Sequence record: MH560358
Source: Escherichia virus KFS-EC
Strand: one strand, 5' to 3'
Length of the DNA stretch: 64,000 nucleotides
In this document: positions 1 to 8,175 of the stretch, one piece after another
How positions within the stretch are numbered: position 1 is the stretch's first letter
Layout of the letters: every line of letters begins with the position of its first letter
Position numbers and translations under genes: made by a program
Notes under the pieces: model-generated
Told to the model about the DNA's origin: nothing
The model's database searches: none
The model's input: only the letters and a program-made list of their open reading frames with translations

Positions 1-278
1 TAAAATAATTTTTTGATATTTTTCTATGATGTTTGTGTAGGTCACGTCAACCGCTAGCACCGTTGCTTCGAATCCACCGTTTAACCAATGGCTATGATCA
101 TGATCGTGAAAGAAACCTAGACCAGTACGAAGACCTTCTTTATATTCGGCGCGTACATTTAGATCATCATCGATAAACAGATAAAACCATGAATTTTTAC
201 TAGGATTGATGATACAACCTTTCAGATTAGGGAGAATATCACGACTAAGAATAAACTTATCACCTACTTTGAACATAA
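1..278 (-). CDS. hypothetical protein, paralog family A member (3' end cut by window edge)
   Basis: Minus-strand open frame from ATG near 278 running off the window; predicted C-terminal HDHDHSHW...ATVLAVDV motif shared with four nearby ORFs. Confidence 0.4.
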
Positions 279-280
279 TA

Positions 281-682
281 TTAGTCCTCACTTATAAGGT
301 CAAACCAATTGTTTTTCGCATAATGCTTAATGCGTGCTTGATCTGCTTCCGCTGGTGATAGATTCCATGCAACCACTACAACTTCTGACGCATCGTCATC
401 CGTTTCTGATACCCAATGATTGTGATTCATACAGTTATTTGCTATCGAGTGAGCAAATGATTTCATCACTGGAGACGTATAATCATAGTAACGGATTTTC
501 AGATTTTCATCAACATACAAGTAGATCGTATAAGGTTTATATTCAGTAACCAGTAACAGACAGTTACGCAATTCTGGGAAAATCTTTTTAGTTAATTTCA
601 TTTTATAATCCTCGGTCTCGGCTATAGTACACGGTACGCCATACAATTTCATGTTTCGTGTCGCTCCAGCACACGATCTCAT
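281..682 (-). CDS. hypothetical protein, paralog family A member
   Basis: ORF track; motif NHNHW...EVVVVAW; real start probably an internal ATG at 652 or 601 because the track start overlaps the upstream gene. Confidence 0.45.
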   Translation of the reverse strand: MRSCAGATRNMKLYGVPCTIAETEDYKMKLTKKIFPELRNCLLLVTEYKPYTIYLYVDENLKIRYYDYTSPVMKSFAHSIANNCMNHNHWVSETDDDASEVVVVAWNLSPAEADQARIKHYAKNNWFDLISED

Positions 683-842
683 TTACTCTTAAATCTTTGT
701 TATCAACAAAAGATGAACATTGTGACGCTTCTTTCATCATTTTATCTGCTGTTTTCTCATCAAATACAGCACAGATTTCTTTATACACTCGATAATCTTT
801 GAATTGACTCTGAATACCCATAATTAACACCATTCCAACCAA
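603..842 (-). CDS. hypothetical protein, paralog family B member
   Basis: ORF track; N-terminal FKDYRVYKEI...DKMMKEASQCSSF aligns with the neighbouring ORF 781-1044. Confidence 0.4.
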   Translation of the reverse strand: MVGMVLIMGIQSQFKDYRVYKEICAVFDEKTADKMMKEASQCSSFVDNKDLRVNEIVCWSDTKHEIVWRTVYYSRDRGL

Positions 843-1044
843 TTGTTTTTGAGAAAACGTTTATCCACTGTTGAGTGTAGCATGTTTCTTTCCATGATAC
901 AATACGAGTGGAATAATGGTTTTTGTTTCCAGAAAAGGACGGGCATTTTGATGCATCTTCCATCATCTTTTCGGCGAACTCTGGTGCGTATACTCGCAGG
1001 ATCTGTTGATATGCTTTGTATTCTTTAAATTTGCTCATAATCAT
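781..1044 (-). CDS. hypothetical protein, paralog family B member
   Basis: ORF track; FKEYKAYQQI...EKMMEDASKCPSF aligns with 603-842; 3' end overlaps the paralog. Confidence 0.4.
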   Translation of the reverse strand: MIMSKFKEYKAYQQILRVYAPEFAEKMMEDASKCPSFSGNKNHYSTRIVSWKETCYTQQWINVFSKTIGWNGVNYGYSESIQRLSSV

Positions 1045-1303
1045 TCACTACCTTATCAGCTTCTTTTGTTGTTTTTACATCAACTGCGATAACTCGTAAA
1101 GGTTCGTCATGGTTCCACCAGTGGTCATGAATATCAGCTTGTGATTTATCACCAAAGGAATCACGAATATCATTTTTACATTTATAGCTAATGTGACCTT
1201 CATAGTCAACATAAAGGTAATTATCGAAAATCGGCGTTTTTAAGATCATACCGAAAAATCTTTCTTTGTGTGTCTTATCCAGCGTTACAGTAATTCGCAT
1301 CAT
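1025..1303 (-). CDS. hypothetical protein, paralog family A member
   Basis: ORF track, ATG start; motif YLYVDYEG...HDHWWNHDEPLRVIAVDV. Confidence 0.5.
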   Translation of the reverse strand: MMRITVTLDKTHKERFFGMILKTPIFDNYLYVDYEGHISYKCKNDIRDSFGDKSQADIHDHWWNHDEPLRVIAVDVKTTKEADKVVNDYEQI

Positions 1304-1315
1304 AATATATTCCTC

Positions 1316-1495
1316 TTAGAAAGGGATGGTCATTTCTTGAGCTTGTACATTCTCGTTAGGATTAAACTTCATCCAACCGATATTGTCTACCAGCATATGT
1401 ACATTTTTATCATATCCTACGTGAGTAGTCAACACTAAATGTGCTTTACCTTCAACGATGATTTCCATGTACTTCTGAACTTCGATAGCTTTCAT
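1316..1495 (-). CDS. hypothetical small protein (59 aa), not in ORF track
   Basis: ATG at 1495 preceded by GGAGAATCAAA leader and a stem-loop promoter; TAA at 1316; hand-translated MKAIEVQKYMEIIVEG... Confidence 0.4.
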   Translation of the reverse strand: MKAIEVQKYMEIIVEGKAHLVLTTHVGYDKNVHMLVDNIGWMKFNPNENVQAQEMTIPF

Positions 1496-1527
1496 TTTGA
1501 TTCTCCGTTTGTTGTCTTGATGGGAGT

Positions 1528-1556
1528 ATCTTACTACTCCCTTTAATCATTGTCAA
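1528..1556 (-). promoter_or_regulatory. sigma70-like promoter TTGACA-N17-TAAGAT; hairpin GGGAGTAGTAAGATACTCCC (1522-1541) overlaps the -10
   Basis: Read on minus strand upstream of gene 1316-1495. Confidence 0.5.
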
Positions 1557-1559
1557 CTA

Positions 1560-1727
1560 TTATTTGTTAATTTCCGGTGCGTTGCTCGGATAGTAACCTT
1601 CTTTAACACCTAGATATTTTGCAACCATTCCGGTGATCTTCTGTGCTACTACGATATCGAATTTCAGGTAGTCTTCACCGTGGTTTGCTACAATGTATGC
1701 TTCGCATTCTGCTTTAGTCTGGAACAT
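1560..1727 (-). CDS. hypothetical small protein (55 aa)
   Basis: ORF-track frame; start moved to internal ATG (MFQTKAEC...) because the track N-terminus translates the promoter; SD AGGAG upstream. Confidence 0.4.
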   Translation of the reverse strand: MFQTKAECEAYIVANHGEDYLKFDIVVAQKITGMVAKYLGVKEGYYPSNAPEINK

Positions 1728-1761
1728 TTTTGATTCTCCTATATCTCGTTGGTATGTGTGC

Positions 1762-1790
1762 ATTATAGGGGATCGGTGATCCCCTGTCAA
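1762..1790 (-). promoter_or_regulatory. sigma70-like promoter TTGACA-N17-TATAAT with palindromic spacer GGGGATCACCGATCCCC
   Basis: Exact consensus hexamers with 17-nt spacer on minus strand upstream of gene 1560-1727. Confidence 0.6.
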
Positions 1791-1795
1791 CAACT

Positions 1796-2089
1796 TTATA
1801 ATGCTTTATATGCGTATTTCATAAATTTGTCTGCCACTTCATTGGCATGTTCAGATTCTACGCCTGATTCGAGAACAATAGCTAGGTCGGTTTCGTCATT
1901 CCCGCCGTACCAATGATTTGATGTTCGATTTTTTTCAATTGGAAATTGGTCACTTTTATCTGTGCGACAAAATACATCTAAATGCTCGTCGATGTAAAAG
2001 ATCCAATCTTCATAAAGAATAACGGTATTAGCAAGATTTTTATTGCCTTCAACGAAAGGTTCGGCTACAAACAAATTAGTATGTTCCAT
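1796..2089 (-). CDS. hypothetical protein, paralog family A member
   Basis: ORF-track frame; start at internal ATG (MEHTNLF...) with SD GAGGAAAA; motif IFYIDEH...SNHWYGGNDETDLAIVLE. Confidence 0.5.
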   Translation of the reverse strand: MEHTNLFVAEPFVEGNKNLANTVILYEDWIFYIDEHLDVFCRTDKSDQFPIEKNRTSNHWYGGNDETDLAIVLESGVESEHANEVADKFMKYAYKAL

Positions 2090-2105
2090 AGTATTTTCCT
2101 CAAAA

Positions 2106-2297
2106 TTATACAGCTTCGTAAACTTCCCAATGTCCAACACCAGCACGCTTAACGAAAAGGTTTTCTTTGATGTTATTCATAAACGTCTGGATGGATTTAA
2201 TGCGGTTTGAAGGTTTCCATTCTTCGTTGGCATTGCGTCGATACATCATAACATTACCAGTTCGCTTATATTCAGCAACCATTTTAAGACCACACAT
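2106..2297 (-). CDS. hypothetical small protein (63 aa)
   Basis: ORF track; ATG with SD GAGGA upstream. Confidence 0.35.
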   Translation of the reverse strand: MCGLKMVAEYKRTGNVMMYRRNANEEWKPSNRIKSIQTFMNNIKENLFVKRAGVGHWEVYEAV

Positions 2298-2354
2298 AAT
2301 ATTATCCTCAATTTGTGGGAGAGTATTACCCCTCCCAATGATTGTTATGTTATA

Positions 2355-2675
2355 TCACACAAAATGGCGTGTCAATGCTTCTTTTGCGGTTCCGCTAAGA
2401 CTTTCGATCTCGCCTGGCATAACATCAACCGCCAGAACTTCTACAACATCCTCGGACCCTAACCAGTGAGTATGACCTTTGTAGAACTTGATAACCAGAC
2501 TACCTTCCTCGTCCCATTTAACGCTATCGCTAGCCCACCACACATCACCGTCGATAAAGTTGATGTAAAGCACACTACGCCACATTGAATTAATTACTTT
2601 CAATACTGCGCCTTTCATCTCTTCCACGGTATGGTCTTCCATTTTGAAGACCTCACCTACCTGAACTTTTGCCAT
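2355..2675 (-). CDS. hypothetical protein, paralog family A member
   Basis: ORF track, ATG start; motif LYINFIDGD...HTHWLGSEDVVEVLAVDV. Confidence 0.5.
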   Translation of the reverse strand: MAKVQVGEVFKMEDHTVEEMKGAVLKVINSMWRSVLYINFIDGDVWWASDSVKWDEEGSLVIKFYKGHTHWLGSEDVVEVLAVDVMPGEIESLSGTAKEALTRHFV

Positions 2676-2692
2676 TTAGTCACCTCTCTTTA

Positions 2693-2872
2693 TTACATAA
2701 CACTCACGCCAGCCGTTGAAAGTTGATGTTTCAACTGAGCATTTTCTGCTACCGTCAAATCAATGATTTCTTGTGACGCTGCAATCATATAGCCATTGGT
2801 GATATTGTTTTGCATCAGTTCAATGGTTTCTTCGTTGTAGCGGATTTTAGCGATGATTTCGTTGAAGTTCAT
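2693..2872 (-). CDS. hypothetical small protein (59 aa), not in ORF track
   Basis: ATG at 2872 after GGAGAATCAATT leader and stem-loop promoter; TAA at 2693. Confidence 0.35.
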   Translation of the reverse strand: MNFNEIIAKIRYNEETIELMQNNITNGYMIAASQEIIDLTVAENAQLKHQLSTAGVSVM

Positions 2873-2906
2873 AATTGATTCTCCTAGTTCGTTTCGGTAT
2901 GTGTGT

Positions 2907-2936
2907 AGTATAGGGGAGTTTAACCTCCCCTGTCAA
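2907..2936 (-). promoter_or_regulatory. sigma70-like promoter TTGACA-N18-TATACT with palindromic spacer GGGGAGGTTAAACTCCCC
   Basis: Minus-strand motif upstream of gene 2693-2872. Confidence 0.5.
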
Positions 2937-2944
2937 CAACTTTT

Positions 2945-3256
2945 TTAAAGTTTTTCCATGATAACGGTCATAATTACATCTTCTGCGCGAGCGGTCAGAT
3001 TATCAGCGTCAGCATGTGGGCGGTTGGTTGTTACAGAGATAACACCGTTGCGCACTGGTTTGATATTGATATCAAGATGATCCGCGAAACGTTCGCCAGT
3101 TACAGAATGAATTTTGGTGTTAAATTCTTTTGCCAGTGCCTTGCGAACTTCACGAATCAGGATAGCGTTTTTCAGTTGGTTCTCCGCGCTCATGGTCTTC
3201 TGGGTGTTCATGGTTCCGTCGAAGTCAATCATTGGCAGCGTTACGATGTATTTCAT
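2945..3256 (-). CDS. hypothetical protein (103 aa)
   Basis: ORF track, ATG start after GGAGAATCAAAA leader. Confidence 0.45.
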   Translation of the reverse strand: MKYIVTLPMIDFDGTMNTQKTMSAENQLKNAILIREVRKALAKEFNTKIHSVTGERFADHLDINIKPVRNGVISVTTNRPHADADNLTARAEDVIMTVIMEKL

Positions 3257-3301
3257 TTTTGATTCTCCGTTTAAGAAAGTGTGTTTCGTTTTGATGTGTG
3301 T

Positions 3302-3330
3302 AGTATAGGGGATACGTGATCCCCTGTCAA
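3302..3330 (-). promoter_or_regulatory. sigma70-like promoter TTGACA-N17-TATACT with palindromic spacer GGGGATCACGTATCCCC
   Basis: Minus-strand motif upstream of gene 2945-3256. Confidence 0.5.
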
Positions 3331-3343
3331 CAACTTTTTTGAA

Positions 3344-3688
3344 TTATTTTTTCATGAGCTTAATGGCTTCTTCCATAGCCAGCACATTTCGATAGTTAGG
3401 GTATCGTGTTAGATCGTCATACATTCGCTTAAGGGTGGAAACTTCCTCAAACTCTGGGTTTTCTAGATACAGTTGAACAAATTGTTTCTCTACCATCTCG
3501 GCTTTTAGCTTGTCTGCTTGTTCCTGTTCATATGATTTCGTTGGACCCAACACCAACAAAATGATAAAGGTGATCAACGGGCTAATGATCAATGATAGGA
3601 TAACATAACCGATAACGCTACGGTTTAAACGGCTTGCATACATGCCTACCAGGAAAACAAAAAGGATATAGATAAACAGAAAGAACAT
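3344..3688 (-). CDS. hypothetical membrane protein (two predicted hydrophobic segments)
   Basis: ORF track; N-terminal FFLFIYILFVFLVGMYA and second hydrophobic stretch. Confidence 0.5.
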   Translation of the reverse strand: MFFLFIYILFVFLVGMYASRLNRSVIGYVILSLIISPLITFIILLVLGPTKSYEQEQADKLKAEMVEKQFVQLYLENPEFEEVSTLKRMYDDLTRYPNYRNVLAMEEAIKLMKK

Positions 3689-3695
3689 ATAATGG

Positions 3696-4169
3696 TTACT
3701 CCTTATTTTCGCGCTCGTACTTTTCGAAATAAAATTCTACTGGCTGGTCATGAATTGACAGCAAGCCAAAGCGTTTAGCCGCTCGCAATCCCATATTGCG
3801 CTGAATGTACTTCTGGAAGTTCTCGCGTATACACTTACGCCAGTATTCTAAGCCCATACAGCTTTTATAAAGATTGCATTGCACACACGCCGGATTCATG
3901 TTATCAAGTATATCATGTTCCGGTTTATGCATTCCTACAACCTTATACTTCCACGATCCATCATCATTACGGGCAATTCGTCCATTTTCATCATAGACTA
4001 CCTTTGAGCGTCGCAATACTGGTTTGATGTGGTCTGCGTGCCAGCGATCCCCTAGTTCCTCGCCACAATAGGCACAGCGTCCACCATATTTCATTTTCAG
4101 GATCTGGCGTTGCTCTTTCTTTGACAATTTTTTAGGTTTAGGGGCTTTCGACCCTTCATTATCACACAT
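3696..4169 (-). CDS. HNH endonuclease (zinc-finger type), putative homing endonuclease
   Basis: CAYCGEEL...HADHIKP...N...CVQCN motif set. Confidence 0.7.
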   Translation of the reverse strand: MCDNEGSKAPKPKKLSKKEQRQILKMKYGGRCAYCGEELGDRWHADHIKPVLRRSKVVYDENGRIARNDDGSWKYKVVGMHKPEHDILDNMNPACVQCNLYKSCMGLEYWRKCIRENFQKYIQRNMGLRAAKRFGLLSIHDQPVEFYFEKYERENKE

Positions 4170-5658
4170 CGAATACCTCTTTTACTGTATTTGCAGTGGT
4201 CTTGTCGTAGCGAATACGTTTGATGATCGGGAGAAATAAAGAGAACTCCGGTTCATCTTCTTTACGTGATTTGCTGCGAATGTACCCGTTGCATGTCATC
4301 TCAATGACTTTTCCAATCAGGTTATGACGGTCAGCCCATAACATTTCTCGGTCTAGTTCATTTCGACGATCGAACGGAATTACACGTTCAATACCATCAT
4401 CACCTTTTTCGGTTGTGGTGTCGGTTAATCCCGATCCGGTGTTAGTCATCATTCGTCCGCACGCACTACGGACAGTAAAACCGCCTACCTTATTAGGATC
4501 TTTACTATGCGGATATACATCAACAATTTCAGCGTCGAAGTCAATCACTTCTTTAAATTTAACCTGATCTTTACTGCGACGATCTTCAAATACACCATGT
4601 AAATTTTTAAGGATAATACCTTCTAAGCCCATGTTTACATAGCGATGATATACTTCGCGAGCTTCATCGATATTGTTAACTACAGTATTTTCGATTATCT
4701 GAACACGAGGATCGTTAAGTTCTTCAACAATCTGTTTTAGTTCTTCGAATCGATCTTTATATTGCTTCGTTGCTTTCTCGTTTCCGTAATACACATCACG
4801 GTCGATAACATCCCAGACAGTATAAACAATACATTGGGCTTCTTCTTTTGGAATAGTTCCTTTAAGTGATTTGTTGAGGATACCATTTCCGGTCTGACGG
4901 TCTGCAACAACGGATTCTTTTACTGCTTCCGCTACTGGCGTTAATGGCATTTCCTCTTCTTCAAATATCCATGACAGAGTACCATCATAAACGCTTTCAA
5001 CGAAGTTCTGCGCTGGTGTTTGCGAAAGGGTAGGCATATATACCAATTCGCCATCTAGAACAATTCCACGGCCTCGTAGACGCTCTAAAACCGCAAACAA
5101 ATCATCAAGTCCCTGATAGGTATTACCTGAACGGGTATAGATTGCTAATGTTTCCCCGTCAATATCAGCCATACCACGAGCGCCATCGCTTTTAAGTTGT
5201 GCATACGCCGGATACTTGATATTAGCAATAGTCTTATCAGAACATGACGATGCAAGGTGGCACGGCTGCTGGGGGATCAGTTTCTTCCATACCTTGTTTG
5301 CGGTGGTAGCGGAACAACCGCATTCCAAATCACGATTCAGGACCATCATTGCAACTTTAGCATCATCTTCTGACAAGCAGGTCAGAGTATCGGTAACTAG
5401 CTGTAATGCTGCGTTACCAGTTACTTGACGCGTGGCAAGTTTATTTTTAAAGACCTGTAATGCACCGGATAAAGACAATACAGACGAATAACGCGATGGT
5501 TTATCGTATTTCTTTACGCCAAACGTAACCTGTTTGCAATATGCCAGATAAAAGCATTCTTTCAGCGTTTCATTGCTCGCGGATTCTTTCAGGATCTTTT
5601 CTTTCAGCGATGTTTTGTCTGTTGCTGCAAGCTGGTTAATGATATTAAGAATTGACAT
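4162..5658 (-). CDS. 30: ATP-dependent DNA ligase
   Basis: Adenylation motif AQLKSDGARG (KxDG); ~500 aa; T4-like position; start set at internal ATG (track start is GTG). Confidence 0.9.
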   Translation of the reverse strand: MSILNIINQLAATDKTSLKEKILKESASNETLKECFYLAYCKQVTFGVKKYDKPSRYSSVLSLSGALQVFKNKLATRQVTGNAALQLVTDTLTCLSEDDAKVAMMVLNRDLECGCSATTANKVWKKLIPQQPCHLASSCSDKTIANIKYPAYAQLKSDGARGMADIDGETLAIYTRSGNTYQGLDDLFAVLERLRGRGIVLDGELVYMPTLSQTPAQNFVESVYDGTLSWIFEEEEMPLTPVAEAVKESVVADRQTGNGILNKSLKGTIPKEEAQCIVYTVWDVIDRDVYYGNEKATKQYKDRFEELKQIVEELNDPRVQIIENTVVNNIDEAREVYHRYVNMGLEGIILKNLHGVFEDRRSKDQVKFKEVIDFDAEIVDVYPHSKDPNKVGGFTVRSACGRMMTNTGSGLTDTTTEKGDDGIERVIPFDRRNELDREMLWADRHNLIGKVIEMTCNGYIRSKSRKEDEPEFSLFLPIIKRIRYDKTTANTVKEVFDV

Positions 5659-6124
5659 TTTCACCTCGTTTTGTTAAACGTTCACGAATATCATTGAGGA
5701 TACTACAAAATTCCGATTCAGTCAATATAGTCTTTAACGGATCAGTTCCACCTATGCTATGACGTAATTTCTTATTTCCGGTAGCGAGTAATGCTTTACA
5801 AAATTCTGGGTTATTCCGTGCCATCGTAACAAATGCCAGATGTACCAGTCTGTAATAATGCTCACTCATTCGATGAATCGGGCGACCCTGAAAATATAAC
5901 ATGTGATTCTCAATCTTTTCAGATCTTCCGGTTCTTTTTGCTTTGCCACCGTGCATCAAAAAGATTTCTCTTTGTCTCTGAGGGTTCTTAAATCTTAGCC
6001 CCTGTAAAAATCCTTCTGTGCTGTTAATATCGCAACCAAATAGACGGAATGGTCTTTTATTGAAATTACTCAATTCACCCGATGGATAAGGTCCACCCGC
6101 ATAGATATCAATTTCAGAAGTCAT
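5645..6124 (-). CDS. NADAR (YbiA-like) domain protein
   Basis: 159 aa; SNFNKRPFRLFG...TEGFLQGLRF and ...ALLATGNKKLRH resemble the E. coli YbiA/NADAR fold (alignment from memory); 3' end overlaps ligase start. Confidence 0.55.
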   Translation of the reverse strand: MTSEIDIYAGGPYPSGELSNFNKRPFRLFGCDINSTEGFLQGLRFKNPQRQREIFLMHGGKAKRTGRSEKIENHMLYFQGRPIHRMSEHYYRLVHLAFVTMARNNPEFCKALLATGNKKLRHSIGGTDPLKTILTESEFCSILNDIRERLTKRGENVNS

Positions 6125-6360
6125 TGAAACTAATCTCGCTAATCAGAGAGAACGGATCATAATCGTCATTAGGAATATCGATAGTAATCGAATGAGGATT
6201 TACCCATACACCAAACTGGTCTTCATCGGTGAATACTTCGGTATGGATTTCGTGGATGTTTACATTCATAGTTTTCATAATAAAATTCCTTAATAATCAA
6301 TAACTTACAAAATCATATAGCCAAAATATAGGCGGGATTATTTCCCGCCGTTTAAAATCA

Positions 6361-6684
6361 TTAACCGTAAACTACAACAATATTCTGTTTGTGTGTTACA
6401 GTCCATTTCAGATCGATCTCTTCTTCCTTCTTAACGCCATTAATAACGTCTGGATGAGGAACTTTATTAAGTTTCCCATGAGGAAGCAATACAGTCTTGC
6501 CCAGCAATTCTTTATCAACGTTATCACCGATATCAATAATCTTACCGACTAAAGGAATCTCTCCCATAGTTCGTTTTTGCTCGATGATAATACCAAAATC
6601 GCTCTTTACTTCGGTCCCTGCGCTTTCCGCTTTAGCTTCAATGATCACATAGTCACCAAGTGCTTTAGGAGTTTTAACGGTCAT
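6361..6684 (-). CDS. 31: GroES-like co-chaperonin (gp31 family)
   Basis: 107 aa; GDYVII and NKVPHP motifs; position between cd and ligase as in T4. Confidence 0.75.
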   Translation of the reverse strand: MTVKTPKALGDYVIIEAKAESAGTEVKSDFGIIIEQKRTMGEIPLVGKIIDIGDNVDKELLGKTVLLPHGKLNKVPHPDVINGVKKEEEIDLKWTVTHKQNIVVVYG

Positions 6685-6720
6685 AATTTTCTTACCTCTT
6701 CAATTCATCTCAATAGTAAA

Positions 6721-7332
6721 TTATTTATATTTCGCGACCTTTGGATTTCTCCGCAGACCGGAATGTATTTGCGCTATACAACAATAAGAAACATTAAACA
6801 TATCAGCTATAATTTGCTTCTTAACTTTTCCTTTAAGCCGCATTATTTCTTCGACTTGCGCATTTGTCAGTTTTGCCCGTGAGTGGTTTTCACCGACATT
6901 GTTATTGAGTCCAGTTCTAAATGAATGTCTCATATTTTCTAGTAAGGTTACTATTTCTAGATTCCACACATAATTGCAGGTTTTTACACCATTGATGTGA
7001 TTAACCTCAAGTCCGGTAACGTCTCCTAGAAATGCATTTGCTACAAGTCGATGTATCTTTTCGGCTTTAACTGAGATTTTACCATTGTCTTTTTGTTTTG
7101 ACAATGTTGAATAATAATATCCATATCGGTCTAAAATTGGTTTTATTATTTTACCAGCACGTTTTTGTTTTACGAGCTTAATATTACCGGGAGAAACTTC
7201 TCTATAAAATTCGATACTTCGGTCAATAGATCTCAATCTACCATAATTAGAGATTTCATACCACGGATAACCTACAGCTTGTCTCCATTCTTCCGGCGCT
7301 GGTAATACGATATTATCATCTTTTGTTTCCAT
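6721..7332 (-). CDS. HNH homing endonuclease with NUMOD4-like N-terminal motif
   Basis: WRQAVGYPWYEISNYGRLRS (NUMOD4-like) followed by HRLVANAFLG...EVNHINGVKTCN (HNH_3); start at internal ATG. Confidence 0.7.
   Translation of the reverse strand: METKDDNIVLPAPEEWRQAVGYPWYEISNYGRLRSIDRSIEFYREVSPGNIKLVKQKRAGKIIKPILDRYGYYYSTLSKQKDNGKISVKAEKIHRLVANAFLGDVTGLEVNHINGVKTCNYVWNLEIVTLLENMRHSFRTGLNNNVGENHSRAKLTNAQVEEIMRLKGKVKKQIIADMFNVSYCCIAQIHSGLRRNPKVAKYK
6722..6729 (-). promoter_or_regulatory. T4-type late promoter box TATAAATA
   Basis: Exact TATAAATA on minus strand about 40 nt upstream of gene 31 start. Confidence 0.4.
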
Positions 7333-7334
7333 TG

Positions 7335-7655
7335 TCAACTACCACCGTAAATTTCTACGATCTGTGCTGGAGTCAGCCCGTCTACATTAATCAGACTATC
7401 AAGCCCAAAACTACGGAAACCTTCAACTGCAATTTCATATACTGGCAAAGATGTTTCTGATTCTTTACGCGGTTTTTCAACATTAGGAACTAACCACTTT
7501 TCGTATGTTTCGAAAGGCATCAGTGCCGGATCTCGCGTGGCGATCATCTCGCGGACAGTACCATCTTTCTTAGTAAACTGCAAAGAGTGAGTACCGACCG
7601 AAAACATTTTCTTTAGTGCTTCACGAAGTGCGATATTATCAATTTGTTCGGTCAT
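7335..7655 (-). CDS. hypothetical protein (106 aa)
   Basis: ORF-track frame; start moved to internal ATG (track start is TTG). Confidence 0.4.
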   Translation of the reverse strand: MTEQIDNIALREALKKMFSVGTHSLQFTKKDGTVREMIATRDPALMPFETYEKWLVPNVEKPRKESETSLPVYEIAVEGFRSFGLDSLINVDGLTPAQIVEIYGGS

Positions 7656-8154
7656 TATCAATACCCTTCAAATCAGTCAATAATGCTTTTGGAATACGCG
7701 TGATCGTAATATCTGCATTATTCAGAATATCAGCCCAATCACGCCCACCATTTCGATCATATGTGTCGCAATAGTATAGATGTTTAATTCCACTGTTTGC
7801 AATTGCTTTAGCGCAATCTGGACACGGTGAAGCAGTACACCACATACTAGCGCCTTCAATCGATACACCGCTACGGGCAGCAAACAAAATAGCATTTAAT
7901 TCAGCGTGGATCTCGTTTTTCTGTGACCATGCACTATGCTCTGGTCGTTTTTCTGGGATCATTTTGCCGTCATCATCCAGCCAACCGCTTTTATGTGCAT
8001 GACAGCTACAATTTATTTGCCCTGCTGGAGTTCCGTTAAATCCAGTAGAAATGATTCGCCCGTCTTTTTCGATCAGTGCGCCTACCTTCCACGAAACACA
8101 TTTAGAGTTCTTTGCGATCAGATAGGCGATCTGCATGTAAGTTTGTGACAACAT
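7639..8154 (-). CDS. cd: dCMP deaminase
   Basis: Zinc-binding motifs HAELNAI and PCPDCAK. Confidence 0.85.
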   Translation of the reverse strand: MLSQTYMQIAYLIAKNSKCVSWKVGALIEKDGRIISTGFNGTPAGQINCSCHAHKSGWLDDDGKMIPEKRPEHSAWSQKNEIHAELNAILFAARSGVSIEGASMWCTASPCPDCAKAIANSGIKHLYYCDTYDRNGGRDWADILNNADITITRIPKALLTDLKGIDNDRTN

Positions 8155-8175
8155 AATATAATCCTCACATATTAA

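Noticed and set aside
334-549. Plus-strand ORF inside minus-strand gene 281-682
   Set aside because: Antisense to a better-supported gene, no ribosome-binding site, no recognisable motif; the same applies to other plus-strand track ORFs in the minus-strand block (e.g. 5216-5428, 15522-15899, 44972-45523, 48147-48380).
1560-1793. ORF-track N-termini such as MLTGDHRSPI... (also 39138-39356, 39804-40139)
   Set aside because: These extensions are translations of the upstream promoter hairpins from non-ATG or upstream codons; the real starts are the internal ATGs after the conserved GGAG leader.
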